In this document: piece after piece, positions 1 through 13,360 of the stretch
Layout: each line of letters opens with the position of its first letter
Numbering within the stretch: the first letter of the stretch is position 1
Assembly (NCBI GenBank): GCA_015680685.1
Contig: MNCI01003127.1
Location: 326,493 to 390,492 of the forward strand
Length of the DNA stretch: 64,000 bases
Direction: 5' to 3'
Origin: Gnetum montanum
Lineage: Eukaryota > Plantae > Gnetophyta
Translations under genes and position numbers: made by a program
Notes under the pieces: generated by a model
The model's input: only the letters and a program-made list of their open reading frames with translations
Databases searched by the model: none
What the model was told of the DNA's origin: nothing

Positions 1-948
1 TTATTTACATTTAGAAGTATCTTCAATAGCTTATTTTCTATGCTATTTGAAAGCTTCAGTGTGGTTATTTTCCAACATCAAAAGCATAACTATGATCTTT
101 CTTTAGGGGTTAAACATCAAATTCTTAAAGCTGTCACTTTTTAGCTATAGCTTTAAGCAAAAAAGCTCCTAGTGAAAGCTAAGCAATTAATTTATTTTTC
201 ACAATATTAATTTATTTTTTTGGAGATTCAAGGATGGGAAGCTTTTAGCTTCTATTGCAATTTATTCATTATTTTTGATTAATATGTTCCTTTATCTTTA
301 GAGATAGTTTTCTTGTTTTCTTTACAACAAACCCTTTAGTAAAAAGTAAAAACCCATGGGGATGCTTCTGAAAGAGGGTAGGGCTTGATTCTTTTCCCAC
401 TCCACAGGGGAGGTTTTTTAGGCTTAGTTATAAGGATCAAAATTTTAAAACTCATCTACAAAATTGTTAAGGTTTTTCTTTAGGCTCTCTCTTGAATGAT
501 ATGATGTACTCTAATTTTTTTTAATAATAATAATATTATTGTAGGGTTCAATTCCCCCCAAGTTAAAGCACATATGAATTAAAATAACAAAAATATATTA
601 AAAATATCAAAAACATCTAATAAGGTACTTACAAGGTACATAGCTCAAGTAAAACATAGCATAAGAATAGTTAATTAAAAAAACAATACTAAAACATAAT
701 ACAAAGGCTTAGTAACAAAGAACCAAGGGTTTGGTTGGCAACTATTTGGGACCATGAACGTTTGGCCTTCAGTCTCACAACTTTGAGATGACAGGAAATG
801 AAGGTGTTCCTTGAAACAGGGTTTAGGTGCTTGCTGGTCTTCTGGCAACACCAAGGCCCCAAATACCTCCAAATAAACTCAGTAATTATGAAACAACTAA
901 ATGTGAATGTGTGTTTGCTATTGTAAATGTTGAAATACTTGGATTTAT

Positions 949-1743
949 TGATGAGCCGCAATATCGGGTACACGATATTGGGGCCTTCCAAGTGATATCG
1001 AGCATCCTATATTGGGGCTTGTCTTGTTGCCTATAAATAAGAGTGGGTGCACTTGGTTTGGCAATAGATTAGTTAGACCCTTACCCAAACTCTTGCCTTT
1101 TCTCCCTCTCAAAGTTAGAATTATTTCTGCGTACCCACAGTAGGAGTCATAAAGTGAATGGATCCTCATTCGAGCATTGTGTACTAGAGCACACCTTGTG
1201 TACGACAATAAAGACGAACTTTGTGATAAACCTTGCAGCATTCAAAATAGATTAATTAATGTTAATTACTGTTACTTAATGCTTCCCTTAGTTAATTAAT
1301 GTTCTCTCTCTCACTCTACAACTCTCCTAAGTACGCACACTTCAAGCATGCGTGTAACGCTTGGTAACCCAGTAATGATTAGTGTTTGGTAATCCCAATA
1401 GTGTTGCATTGGTTCAGGATGTGGACGACAAGTGAGAACGGATGCTAGTGTTAGGACTAGTTAAAGCATAGTTGAGTAGTTAAATTAAATTAGTTACTTA
1501 GTTATCTCTCTCCTCCCTTTGTAGCACAAGGCCATAAAACATAAAAATATACAAAAATCATATACCTCAAGTTTACTTAACCATACAATTGTGCTATACA
1601 AGTAAGCTTGGGAAGATAACGATTGACTAACCCATCCTTGTTCTACAAAAGTGCATAAGCACTTAGTCCTTGGAATTTGACTGGATTGTGTGTGGATGCT
1701 CGTATTCGTATGGTTGAGCGTAGGGATACCTAGCCGCTCATCA
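949..1743 (+). mobile_element. Solo LTR of the Athila-type Ty3/gypsy family
   Basis: Ends TGATGAG...CTCATCA (7-bp terminal inverted repeat); flanked by TTTAT on both sides (944-948, 1744-1748); collinear with the LTRs at 15281, 57510 and 62489; CGATATCG-type repeats then TATAAATAAGAG near the 5' end. Confidence 0.93.
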
Positions 1744-3169
1744 TTTATGTATGAGACTGTAACTGGCTATCATAAAAGAAATTTAGCTAGCTTTATCAAA
1801 TACTATAAGTTATTAAAGATTCATATTTTGTCAAGTCACTTAGTCTATATAGTCCCTATGATATGCTACTTAAAATACATAAAATTTCACAAAAATGCTT
1901 GAGCACAATTCTGCTAATCTACTACTAATTTTTCCTAGAGAGAAAATTCCACAGGAAAACTAGAAATAGAGTGAGATTCAAAGGATTTAGAAAGAGAAAA
2001 GAAAAGAAAGTAGATTTGTATGAATCTCAAACATTTAGGCAAGATAAATTGAACATGATGAAACACTTCATGATAAAACTATTTCAATTCAATCTAAGTA
2101 TAACAAATTGTCCAAACCCTTTGAGCTTGAGCTCAACAAGCAATTTTGTAAAAGATAATCTTATTACACTACCAAAACGCTTTGTAAACAACAAGTATAA
2201 GCTTTTTTTTAGCTAGTTAACAATTGTCAAGAATTGCAAATACTAGAACTAGTAGAAAAATTTGATAGTTTTAAGATTGAAATTCCAAGGTAAGAAACTT
2301 TAAAAAAATGAAGCTATTTTAAGTAAGTCAAAGTATCAAATATTTTCTAGATCCTGTAGACTCAAATAGGTAATTTCTATAATACATTACTGTTAAATTG
2401 CTCAAGATGCCTTTTAAGACAACATAAGCTCTTATATGGCAAACCTAATAGAAGTCTAATATTGCACAAAAGCAGAGCTATAAGAATTATCTAGAAAATT
2501 CCAGAATTAAATGCCAAACAAAAAACTATCTAAACCATTAGCTAGGCAATTAAATCCAAATGGGAAGAAAAGAACTCATAGGATTAAAAAAAAAAGTAGT
2601 CGAATTGATGTCTTTAGCAATCCATGATTTACAATCTTCAATATTCTTCTAAGTATCTTTTTCCCAAAAATAATTCCCACCCTGTTATACCCATGAAGCT
2701 CTTTTTATAGTAGCCTTGGGTAGTTACCAACATCATAAGGGATTAAGGTGGATCACAAATATCTAGGGATATTAACTCATAACCATCATAAGAAGTTATA
2801 ACTTCTATAGGAAGTTATGAGAAAATTGAGCCAAAGCTGGCAAGTGTCTTCTTAGTTATAAATATCATAGAGATTTAGTTATTCTACCATAGGAAGTTAC
2901 AACTTCCATAGAAATGAAAGGGATAATAACCAAATGTGATATTTATATAGGGTGTTATACAAATATCCCATAAATTTCTTTTCTCTATGAGTAACAATAT
3001 CCCTCTTTTTCTTAAATAATATATCTATGTATGTATGTAAGTTTAAAATGGTGCATCAAACATCTAGTGGTATGAACCAATAGCGATGCATAGTCGACGA
3101 AGTCTGGTGATGTGTAGATTGTGAACCAACAACAATTCACAACTTGCTGACAATGACAATACGACTAAT

Positions 3170-4248
3170 ATGAATGATAACGACAACATCTTGTGTTTTG
3201 ACTTTCCTAATGACATCTTTGATCAAACCGTTCAAACCTTTACCCATCTTTATGTAATTGGCTTTTTTACTGACAGGATTCCTCTTGCCTCAGTTTTCCA
3301 GGAATGGGTTAAAAAGTTTTGAGAACCTCAAAACATTAGATTAACCCTAGCTTTTAATCTTACTAGAGGGTTTTTTGTTTTTGCTTTTGAAACCAAGGCT
3401 ATGACATATTTCATGAAACAACAATTTATTTGGGATGTTTATGGATTCTTTTTAGTGCTTCAACCCCAGAAGGAGGATTTTGACCTCAAAAAAGAGAGCA
3501 AAAGTATTTTGCCAGTATGGATAGAATTTCCAGGGCTCCCATCACACTTTTCTCCCCATGTTGACATTCTTGCTGTGCAGGTTGGGGAGGTTATCAGTAT
3601 GGAATCCTTTACAGGCTTTTGCCCAAGACCAACTCGACGAGTGTGTGTCATAATTGATATGCAATAGTAACGACCTAACTCACTAGAATTTAATGTAAAA
3701 GGAAAGACCTTTGTACAAAAAATTTCATATCTTACGCTCCCAAACTGATGTTATTATTGTCTTGATCCTAATCATTGAAAATCTCAATGTCCAAAGCTAT
3801 TGGCCAAGATTGAAGCCAAGAAAATTTTAGCTTAACAGGTGAGTAAAGAATTAAAAGATAAAAATATATCTAAGGATATAGGTAAAGATACTATTGAGGT
3901 GCACTTCTTGGCTAATCCTTCTTCTTTAGACCCAAAGATGATAGATGTGGAAGACATGAATATTGAGGCTATCGATGTTACTAAGAAATCTCTTAACCAA
4001 GAAGGGATCCCAAAAGATGCTACTAGTGGCTAGAAGTGAGTTACCTAGAAATCTTATGCCTCAGTCACATGTGATAATCCTATCTTTAATGATTTCCCTA
4101 AAGGGCACCGATCCTCGGTTGTTGCTAATGCCAATCAGTCTACTAGCAGAAGAACAAGTGTTCATCGTCCTTTAGTAAATAATGTTTTCAGGAATTCTTT
4201 TAAGGCTTTACTGATTGAGAAAGATCCTCCTTCATCTTCACATCCATA
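3170..4248 (+). pseudogene. LINE ORF1 remnant (DUF4283-like region + CCHC zinc knuckle)
   Basis: GFFVFAF, LPVWIEFPGLP, RRVCVIIDM, and a C-YY-C-xxxx-H-xxxx-C knuckle at ~3749-3792, all typical of plant L1 ORF1. Confidence 0.8.
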
Positions 4249-7200
4249 ATGAAGTGTTACTCATGGAATGTTAGGGGGCTCTTGAATCCCCATAGAAGAT
4301 ATATAGTCCAAGATTATGTTCGTAAGCATTCCCTAGATGTTGCTTGTATTCAAGAAGTTAAGATCCAAGGATTCCATCTTCAAATCTATTGTAAGAGTAT
4401 TTTTCCCAATAGTTATTATGTCTCTTTTAACCATGAACATGATAAAGGGAGGGCTATAATTCTTCTTCACCAATAAGTGATAGGAGTCTATTATTGCTCA
4501 CAGTTGTGATAATTTAGGGAATTGTTGTTGGGTTCAATTATAGTATGCTAATGAAACCCTAGAGTTCGTTTCCAGTTACGCTCCTTGTAACCTGAATGAT
4601 TGGAAGATTTTTTGGAATTGGCTTGGGCACAACTTGCGCCCCAGCTAATTGGATCATCATAGGAGACTTTAATATGATTGAGCATTCAAAGGATAAGTTT
4701 GGAGGACAGAGAGGTGGCTTAGACAACAATGAGCTTTTTGTTTGGCTTTCATTGAAGAGAAAATTGAATTTGCAAGAAGTTAATGAAAATGATCCCTCTT
4801 CTAGTACTTCTAATTAGTTTACTTAGAGCAATGTTAGACATGGAGACTCCTACATTTCTTCTAGGGTTGGATTAGGTCTACTTGTCCATGAATGCTTTTA
4901 TTCAATTTACTACCATCAATGGTGCTCCTATTCAAGTAGATTATACCTTCGTTTTGTTAGATCATTATCCTATTCATTGGCCTCTTTCCCTTTCTAGCTA
5001 CTCTCACTTTTCCAATGACCTTGATATTTTTAACATTGCCTTTCTTTGTAGCAACTCCTTTTGCTCTTTATTGATGTAGATATGGAATCTGCATCCTAAA
5101 CCCCTTAGGGAAGATAGTTGGATTGATTGGTGGACTAATGCATGTACTTGCCTTTAGCAATTTTTCAAACATGTGGGTAAATTTGTGGCTTCAAGACTAA
5201 ATTCTCATAAGTACAACCTTCATAAGGAAATCTCCTTACTACAAAATGCTATCAATAGATGTGAAGCTACGAAGGCTCAATTCTGTCACTTACAAATTGC
5301 CAAGGAGAACATGTGTATGATGGATCACCATGAAGCTAGAGGTGCTCACCTTCACACCCATCTTTCTTAACTCTGTATGGGTGACCAGGCTACTAAAGAT
5401 TTTTTTCATCTCCTCAAAGGGGGACACCTGTCCCCTAAAAGCACAACTATTCAAGTCAATAATAATATCTTTACTTCCAAGATTGACATATTACAGGCTT
5501 TCTTTGCTCTTTACTCTAGGACTTTTCATAAAGAAGATATTGATCCCACTGTTGTTAATATCTTCTTAGGAGTTATTACTCGTTTTAATCATTCCATCTT
5601 TGGTGATGCTACTCTTCTTTCTAAATAGGATCTTAGTAAAGCTCTTCAACAACTTCATGATGGCAAAGCCCTTGGTATGGATGATCTTTCTACAAAAATT
5701 TTCAAGAAATTCTAGCCAACTCTTCAAGATACTGTCTATAGTGTGTATAAGGAAGCTCTTAGGAAAGGTTCCTTTGGCAAAGTGATCAATGTTGGTATTA
5801 TTAAGCTTCTACTCAAGTTAGAAGATCATATGTCCATTAGCAACTAGTGCACTATCACTCTTTTAAATGGTATTTACACAATTGTTGCTAAAGTCATAGC
5901 TAATAAATTACAACCGTTTCTTCCTCATCTCATCAGCAAAGAGAAAACTAGTTTTGTTCAAGGTAGGTATATCTTAGAAAATGTTGTTATTGCTATTGAG
6001 GGCTTGCATTGGGCTTCTTCCATTGATTAGAAAGCCCTTCTTCTTAAGCTTGATTTTGCAAAAGCTTATGACATGCTTGATTGGTTCTTTTTAAGAAGTG
6101 TAGTTTAGCATCATAACTTAGGTGCTATTTTTGATAGACATATCGATCTTGTTTTATCAGAAGCCTCTTTAGTTATTTGTATTAGTGGAACCTTCTCTAA
6201 GGTTATTGAGCTTCAAAAATCAGTATGACAAGGATGTCCTTTAGCCCCTGATCTTTTTATCCTTGCTGTTGATGCTCTTAGAGCTATTCTTAGAACTCAC
6301 AATGATTCTATGAGGTTAAGAGATATCTCTCTTCCACAAGAAAGAAAGAATCTCATTTATAGCTAGTTTGCGAATGACACTTTTCTCACTTTGCTTGAGG
6401 ACCACAATAATTTTAACACTACCTTGGATTGCATTGACATCTATTGTAAAGCCTCAAGAGCTAAAATTAATTGGAAAAAAATGCAAGTTATTTGGTCTAG
6501 CTTCTCTCCAAGGCCTACTTGGACTTATCATTTTAACATCAAGTCGCTTTCTCCTACAGATGTTTTCACCCTTTTGGATATCTTGGTAGCTTTATTCTCT
6601 ACTTCCACTACCTTATGGAATAATGTGGTGGAAAAAGTGAAACTTAAAGCTTTGAAATGGGCTTCTAAACCCTTATCTCTTGCAGGTAGATTTATTGTAG
6701 CTAACCATATTTTGAGCTCCACTCATGTGTACTATTCTTCCTTTATGGCTTTTTCCAAATCTTCCTTTCAGTGCATCAACAAAATTCTTAGGAATTTTTT
6801 ATGGGGGATAAAGACAATCACAAAGCTTTTCATCGAGTTGCTTGGGATATCTACACTTTAAGCAAGGAACACGGGGGCTTAGGCCTTTCCTCTATTGAGT
6901 ACCAAAGTATTCTCTTAGCCTTCAAGTGGGTCACTCGTTGCATAGAAGGAGATGAAGCTTGGAAGATCCTTTTTAGGCATAATATTTCTTGTCTTGGTAA
7001 TCACCACAAATGGAAAAACACTCATTAGAGCAATTGGATCATCAACAAAGGTTCTTAGAATATCATAGGTTCTTTCATGTTCAAGCAAATTTGGTAGTGT
7101 TGGAGTCAACTTAAAGGCTTTTTGCAATGGAAACCTACCTAGTTGAGCTTGAACTCTTTGTCGGTGCACTCCATCTAGTGGTCTCCTATTTATAAAAAGA

Positions 7201-8103
7201 GTTTGGGTTGTCTTTATGAAGAATTTTCTCAAGAGCCAATTGTTTTGCTGATCACAACCTCCATCATGTTACTCAATTATTTTCTACTAGGAATGATTTT
7301 ACTACCCTTTCTTGGCAACGTGCCAAAGTTAAATGCGGGTTTCAAAGACAAGATACTCTTATTTACTAGCACATTGAGCATGTTCTTTCCAACCTTGGGG
7401 TTCTTAAGTTGCACAATAATACTCCTTGGTATGATGACTGGTTTTTGCCCAATGGTTCCCCTTTGCGTTCCCTATGCCTTTCGAAAGCCAAATCTTGGTT
7501 TCTTGTGCAAGAATTCTAACTTTCCACTTTAAATAGAAGATGAAGTGTGCATCTTGAGGATCACCATTGGAAAGCTATTTTTCATTGTGTTTGGACTTCC
7601 AAGGTCCAACCTAAGCACTGTTTCTTTTTCTGGTCCTTGATTCATCAAGGTCTTCCCATTGGAAATAGGCTTCACTTCTTAGGAGTTGATTGCCTTAAAT
7701 GCACCATTTGTCAAGTCAATGACTCTTTTGTGCATGTTTTTTGGGATTGCTTCTTTTCTCAACAAATTTGGAAGTGGTGGAAGTCTCTCCAAGTTTTTAT
7801 TCCTAACCATTTTGTTGGTTTGCCTTTATGTATCTTCAAAGATGACTATGTTAAGAGACACCTTCGAAAGACCTGAAAAATCCTCTTATTTGAGATTGTT
7901 TTCTTCATTTAGATGCTTGGAATCAAAACACCAACTATTAGTAATGTTCAACTTCAAGGTTGAGAAGCAAACTTTGCCAATAATATTACTTTCTCTTAAG
8001 AGGTATCTCTTTTGAATTGCCTATTTTGATTTTTACTTTGGTCTCGGATTGCTAATGATGGGGTCATCTTACAACTTTGGACTCTGTTAAGGCTTTGGTT
8101 ATA
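4249..8103 (+). pseudogene. LINE ORF2 remnant (APE endonuclease, reverse transcriptase, zf-RVT)
   Basis: SWNVRGL, CIQEVK, WIIIGDFN, DHYPI (endonuclease); LKLDFAKAYD, (R)QGCPLAP, FANDT for YADD (RT); GGLG; CTIC...HVFWDC (zf-RVT). Confidence 0.92.
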
Positions 8104-8216
8104 AGGTTTGTCCCCAAAGGAACTTTGGACTCTGTTAAGGCTTTGGTTATAAGGTTTGTCCCCAAAGGAACTTTGGACTCTGTTAAGGCTTTGGTTATAA
8201 GGTTTGTCCCCAAAGG
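8073..8216. repeat. Three perfect tandem copies of a 48-bp unit
   Basis: AACTTTGGACTCTGTTAAGGCTTTGGTTATAAGGTTTGTCCCCAAAGG starts at 8073, 8121 and 8169. Confidence 0.97.
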
Positions 8217-8243
8217 CGCAGAGACGGAGCTGGTGTTACTGGG

Positions 8244-8393
8244 GTTCTTCTCAACATTGCAGATAAAGACACCCTCGGGGATTTCCCTGAGCAGGAGCAC
8301 GTTTCCTACCATGAGAGTGGCCTTCCTTCCACAGAATGAAAAATGGCACGTGTACATGCCCTTGGCAGCCACAAAATTCTCCTTATCTTGCCG
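8244..8393 (-). pseudogene. RPL8: Fragment of cytosolic 60S ribosomal protein L8 (uL2)
   Basis: [45 protein letters not shown] resembles plant RPL8 ...[44 protein letters not shown]; only about 50 codons are present. Confidence 0.85.
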
Positions 8394-8923
8394 TTGCATC
8401 CGGTGGTGTTGATTGTTGCTAAAGAGCTGATCTCTGGTAATAAAATTTGGCAACACTGATCGAAAGGAGCGACATAAAACTGTGTTTGTTCGTCAGGGAA
8501 GGCGTATGCCGTCGTGAATTCATTTTCGTGGAGGAGGGAGTCGATCTTGATGCAAGCGCTATCGAAGCAGTAGGGTCTGCAGGTGCATCGATTCTGGAAC
8601 CTTCAGAAACCCTTGAAACCCTCCCTCACGACCTCGCAGGGGCTGTCCGTCGAGCACGAGCTCTTTGCTTCAGCGTGCACTTTGCGTCTTGGGGAGCCAG
8701 AAACTGCATGAATGTGTGCGGAAGAACTCTGGCTGCATACAGAGCGATTTGGTTGCGTGTGTCTATGAATCTAGGGCCCAAGTTCAGTGGCAATTCTTTT
8801 GTGGCCACGAAGTAACGGCGGCAACGACCATTGGAGCTTAAAGGGGTTCAAAACCTGGATTAGGGCCAGGTGTTTGACCTAATGTCTGGTGTTGTGAACA
8901 TGCCAATTGCAAAATTCCCAAAT

Positions 8924-9063
8924 TTTGCAGCAGCATACATGTTGGATAGCAAAGTGTGACCACCAGAATCCCCGGGAACCATTTCCAGCAGCGAGTTTGC
9001 AGCAAGGGCACCAAGCTCTGGATTGCTGTGCATTTTGCAGGCTCTCAGCAGAGCACTCCATGC
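8924..9063 (-). pseudogene. Fragment of a PLS-class PPR protein E domain
   Basis: WSALLRACKMHSNPELGALAANSLLEMVPGDSGGHTLLSNMYAAA fits the E-domain consensus W.ALL.AC..H.N.ELG..AA..L..L.P..S..Y.LLSN.YA. Confidence 0.85.
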
Positions 9064-9667
9064 CATTGTGAACTTGTGGTTATAATTATCATCAGCGTTT
9101 ATAAACTCTTGATCTTTCTCAGTAATTTCAACAAAGCACATTCTACTATTACCATCGTCAGTAATAACATTTGAAGAAGATTTACACTTTGCAGCATTGT
9201 TCCCTTAATGAAGTTAAGTATCCTTGCATTTTGAACTTTCTTATACATGAAATTTTCAACGCTTGAATATTGAAATGTGCATAATTTATTCTTCTGTAAA
9301 TTCCGCAAATTTAGGTACAGTATCTATAATAATACTTTTTACATCTTTGGACAATTCCTTTTCCACATAAAGTGAAGACAGATTTTCTAAAAATGCCATG
9401 GATTCAGATCCCTGAAAATTAAGGCAAGTGGACCGGCTTTGAAATATTTTACTCTATTTGTTCATTGTCCCATGGATTCAACATATTTATTATTATTTTT
9501 TATTGAACTTCTTGCACATGTTTTATTTTAGGGTGGATAACTCCAAACAACATTAACAAATTATTCAACACAAGATGAGCATCTATAGTTCCTAATTACC
9601 TAACATCTCAAAGTTGTACTTTGATCCTTCTTTGCGTTAGCAAACTAACACACATCAAAAGAGCATG

Positions 9668-11000
9668 CACAAATAGTCAAGGAGTCTAGAGAGCAAAGTA
9701 GTGATCCAGAGAGAAAGAAAAAAGTTGAGTTTGCACATAACAAAGGTAAAGGCAAAGTTGCCATAATTGAAGAGGTTGTGGATTCGGACACAGATAATGA
9801 TGGCGGATGTGAGATATGTCAATATGATCATCCTAAAGGATGTTGCTTAGTAGTCTCACATCTACAAGAGTCTGAGGTGTATGCACTAAACCTATGATTA
9901 AATAGATGGCAAACACCCAAAAGGTTACCTTATCCTCAAGGTAACCCAAGGCAGCTCCACCAACCCTTGATGTATTATCCGAGTAGAGCTCACCACAATC
10001 GAATGAACAATATCAACAATGGCAACATCCACAATCATGGGAAATGCCATTACCATATCAACAATACCCTTACCATCAACTTGACCCATACGGGTACTAC
10101 GTGGAGCAACTAATCTCTCCATGTGACTCCACTAGTCACATTGCTCCTCAGCCTCACTACTAGATCCACGAGTATTATAGAACTCCTCCTAGGAGTGATG
10201 TTCCACAAACGTACTATCCTTCTCATCTGACTGCACCTCTTCCATCATTAGCTCTATTACCACTTGCTTCAACTATGTAGGGTGAGCTTCCTGCGTAGCC
10301 GTAGCAATGTAACGCTACAAGGGCTCTCAATCCTCAACCTATTGTTGGTTCAGACAACCTCACAAAGAAGAGACCCTTCTTTAGAACCAACAGTCCAACC
10401 AAGTCCTTACAGCCACAAGCGGCTAATTGTCCAATTGCCTCACCATCGTTTGAATCTTCGGAGCTTCCTTCAAACCAAAAATTGCACCCAACACACACGG
10501 TCATGTTGACTCATGCCATTACCGATTGGATTAAAGTTGGTCATCTTCCTAGGAAATTCTCTGAACCTGGAAGTCCTTTTATATATTTGCAAATCGCAGG
10601 AAATGAGCCTTGCAAAGCTCTTTTGGATTTAGGTTCTGGTGTTAACTTAATCTCTCAAGAAATGTACAAAGCTTGGAACCTACCTCCACTAAAAAAGAGT
10701 AACATTCGTTTAGAGTTGGCCGACCAATCCATCACTATCCCATTAGGACTAGTGGAGGACATTGTCACCACTGTTTGTGGGTGGTTGTATCTAGTCGATT
10801 TCCTAGTGATTCAAGTCAACAATTGTAAGGGAGACTTCCCAATCATAATGGGAAGAGAATGGCTAAGCACAATTGATGCGTGCTTAGGAATACGTGATCT
10901 TTCCCTAGAAATATCAAAGGAAAATACATTTGGAAAGATCGAGAAGAAGAAAGTTCCATGCATTGCATATAATGACATAGGGTGCAACTGCATGTAGAAG
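9668..11000 (+). pseudogene. Athila gag C-terminus and aspartic protease
   Basis: CEICQYDHPKGCC knuckle-like motif; KALLDLGSGVNLI, IRLELADQSITIPLGLVEDI, DFLVI, PIIMGREWL. Confidence 0.88.
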
Positions 11001-11299
11001 TCTTGGTTTGTACAACATTTAACATTATTTGCATGCAACCAGTGTGCACAAGTGACTAACATACAAAGATGCCTATATGCAGCAGCCACACGACAGGAAG
11101 ACACCTAGTGGTTGATAGCTGACCAAGAGAGCAATTCAACTCTATGCATGGAACCAATTGAGAGCTTGACTTGTGCCTATATTGATAGCATAGATACATT
11201 AAAGCAAGTCCATCGCCAACTTCCAAGTCCTGACATTGAAAATAGCAACTGGGGGAAGTTGGAAATTCCTGACGAGTTTAAGTGAGAGCCCCTTGAATT

Positions 11300-13360
11300 A
11301 AAATTGTTGCCCACCAGTATGGAATATACATTTCTCCAGAATGGCAAATTGGTAATCATTTAACGCTAACTCGCTCTTCAATAAAAAGAAAGACTGCTGA
11401 AGATGGTAAATAAATGGTCGAAAGCCTTTGCTTGGTCATATCCCAAATTAACCGGAATAGATCCTAGGATATGCCAACATAGAATTTACACTAACCCCTC
11501 TATGAAGCCTCGATGACAACTGAACCCAAAGCTTAAGCAAGTGGTTAAAAAAGAAATTGAATAACTTCTAAAAGCCAGGTTCATCTACCCCATTGCTAAT
11601 AGTGAATAGGTTAGCCCATTAGTCATTGTGCCTAAAAAGGGAGGTAAATGGAGGATGTGTATAGACTTTAGGTTGTTAAACATGGCAACGTTTAAAGACC
11701 ATTTCCCATTACCATTCGTTGACCAAGTCCTAGATACCATTGCAGGGCATTGCTACTATAGTTTTCTAGATGGTTACAGTGGATACAATCAAATTCAAAT
11801 AGTACCAAAAGACCAAGCCAAGACTACATTCACAAGTTCTTGGGGGGCATTTGCATATAGGAAAATGCCATTCGGCTTATGCAATCCCCCAGCAACATTT
11901 CAACGTCTGGTTCTAAGTATATTTTAGTAGCAAATAGGGAATGGTGTGGAGGTCTTTATGGATGATTTCTCCACCTATGGAGCGGACTTTGAATAAGCAT
12001 TGGACTAATTAGAGCAAGTACTGAAATGATGTGTAGAAACCAACTTAAGGCTCAATTGGCAAAAAAGCTATTTAATGGTCTAAGAAGGCATTGTGTTAGG
12101 GCATAGGATAACACAAACAGGGATAGAGGTAGATCCCAAAAAGATTAAAGTCATTTAAGGAATCATTGATCAACTTGAAATTGTAAAAGATATCTGATCA
12201 TTCCTTGGACATACTAGCTATTATAGATGCTTCATCAAGAACTTTTCAAGGATTGCAAAACTATTGATAGAATTAACGAAAATGGACATACCCTTTGAAT
12301 AGACCAAGGAATGTCAGCTAGCTTTTCAAACCTTGAAACAAAAGCTCATAGAAACACCCATTCTACAAGCTCCTGACTGGTTTAGACCATTCCACATAAT
12401 GACTGATGCATCCAACTTTGCTTTAGGAGCTGTACTTACATAGTTAGATGACAAAAAATGACTCTATTACATTCACTGTGCAAGTCGGAGTAATGTTGGT
12501 GCACAACTCAATTACACTACAACAGAAAAAGAATTAATGGTTGTGGTGTTTGCACTAGAAAAATTTAGACTCTATGTGTTGGACTATAAAATATTTGTAC
12601 ACACAGATCATAGTGCAATATAGTTCCTAATGAATAAACTAATGGTGAGCCCTCACATCATACGATGGCTTGTGATCTTATAAGAGTTCGATCATACAAT
12701 GATCGATCATAAAGGCACCAAGAATGTTATGGCTGATCACTTATCTCGATTACGATGGGACAACAAAGAGGATAAATATCCAATTTCTGACCATTTCCCT
12801 GATGAACTCCTCTTTGTAGGTATAATAAACAATCAATTGCCCACATACACAAATTGGTATAGTAGCATTCTTACCTATCTTCTCATGCAAGAAACACCAC
12901 ACAGGCTAGACGTTAAAAAGAAACAATAGTTTCTTTCTTTGAGCTAAATATTTCATGGAAATCAACGAACACCTTTATAAGGTATGTTCCGATGGTGTGT
13001 TCTTGATGGAGATCAATTACAAGTTCTCCAAGATGCTCATGAGGGCCTTTGTGGGGGTCATTACGCTAGGAGATAAATAGCCATTAAAATCTTGCTTGTA
13101 GAATATTGTTGGCCTACATTGTTTCGAGACACTCATCATTTCGTCCAATCTTGTAGGCGTTGCGAACGTGATGGGGGAATGACTGCTAGAATGGAGAGTC
13201 CACAACAATGGATTCAACCTTTAGAACCTTTCAACATATGGGAAATTGATTTTATGAGGCCTATCACACCAATGTCCAATGGTAAAACCTACATTATTGT
13301 TGCTATTGACTATTTTACAAAGTGGGCAGAAGTAGCCGTTGTTATTGACCATTCTAAAGC
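11300..13360 (+). pseudogene. Athila pol: RT, RNase H and N-terminal half of integrase
   Basis: VPKKGGKWRMCIDFR, DHFPLPFVDQ, FLDGYSGYNQI, MPFGLCN, VFMDDF (RT); MTDASNFALGAVL, NYTTTEKELM, ADHLSRL (RNase H); CGGHY...CRRC and WEIDFM...AIDYFTKWAE (integrase), then an abrupt switch to T-rich 3' region. Confidence 0.92.

Larger units (their letters stand above)
3170..8103 (+). mobile_element. Decayed plant L1-clade LINE (ORF1 + ORF2)
   Basis: ORF1 and ORF2 motifs occur in the correct order on + with many stops and frameshifts; ends are approximate; no poly(A) or TSD was resolved. Confidence 0.9.

Noticed and set aside
1-3050. AT-rich DNA around the solo LTR with LTR-like motifs (e.g. TGTTATACCC at ~2683 and GGGTGTTATACA at ~2950)
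   Set aside because: No partner LTR, PBS, TSD or protein motif could be established; the short ORFs here look spurious.
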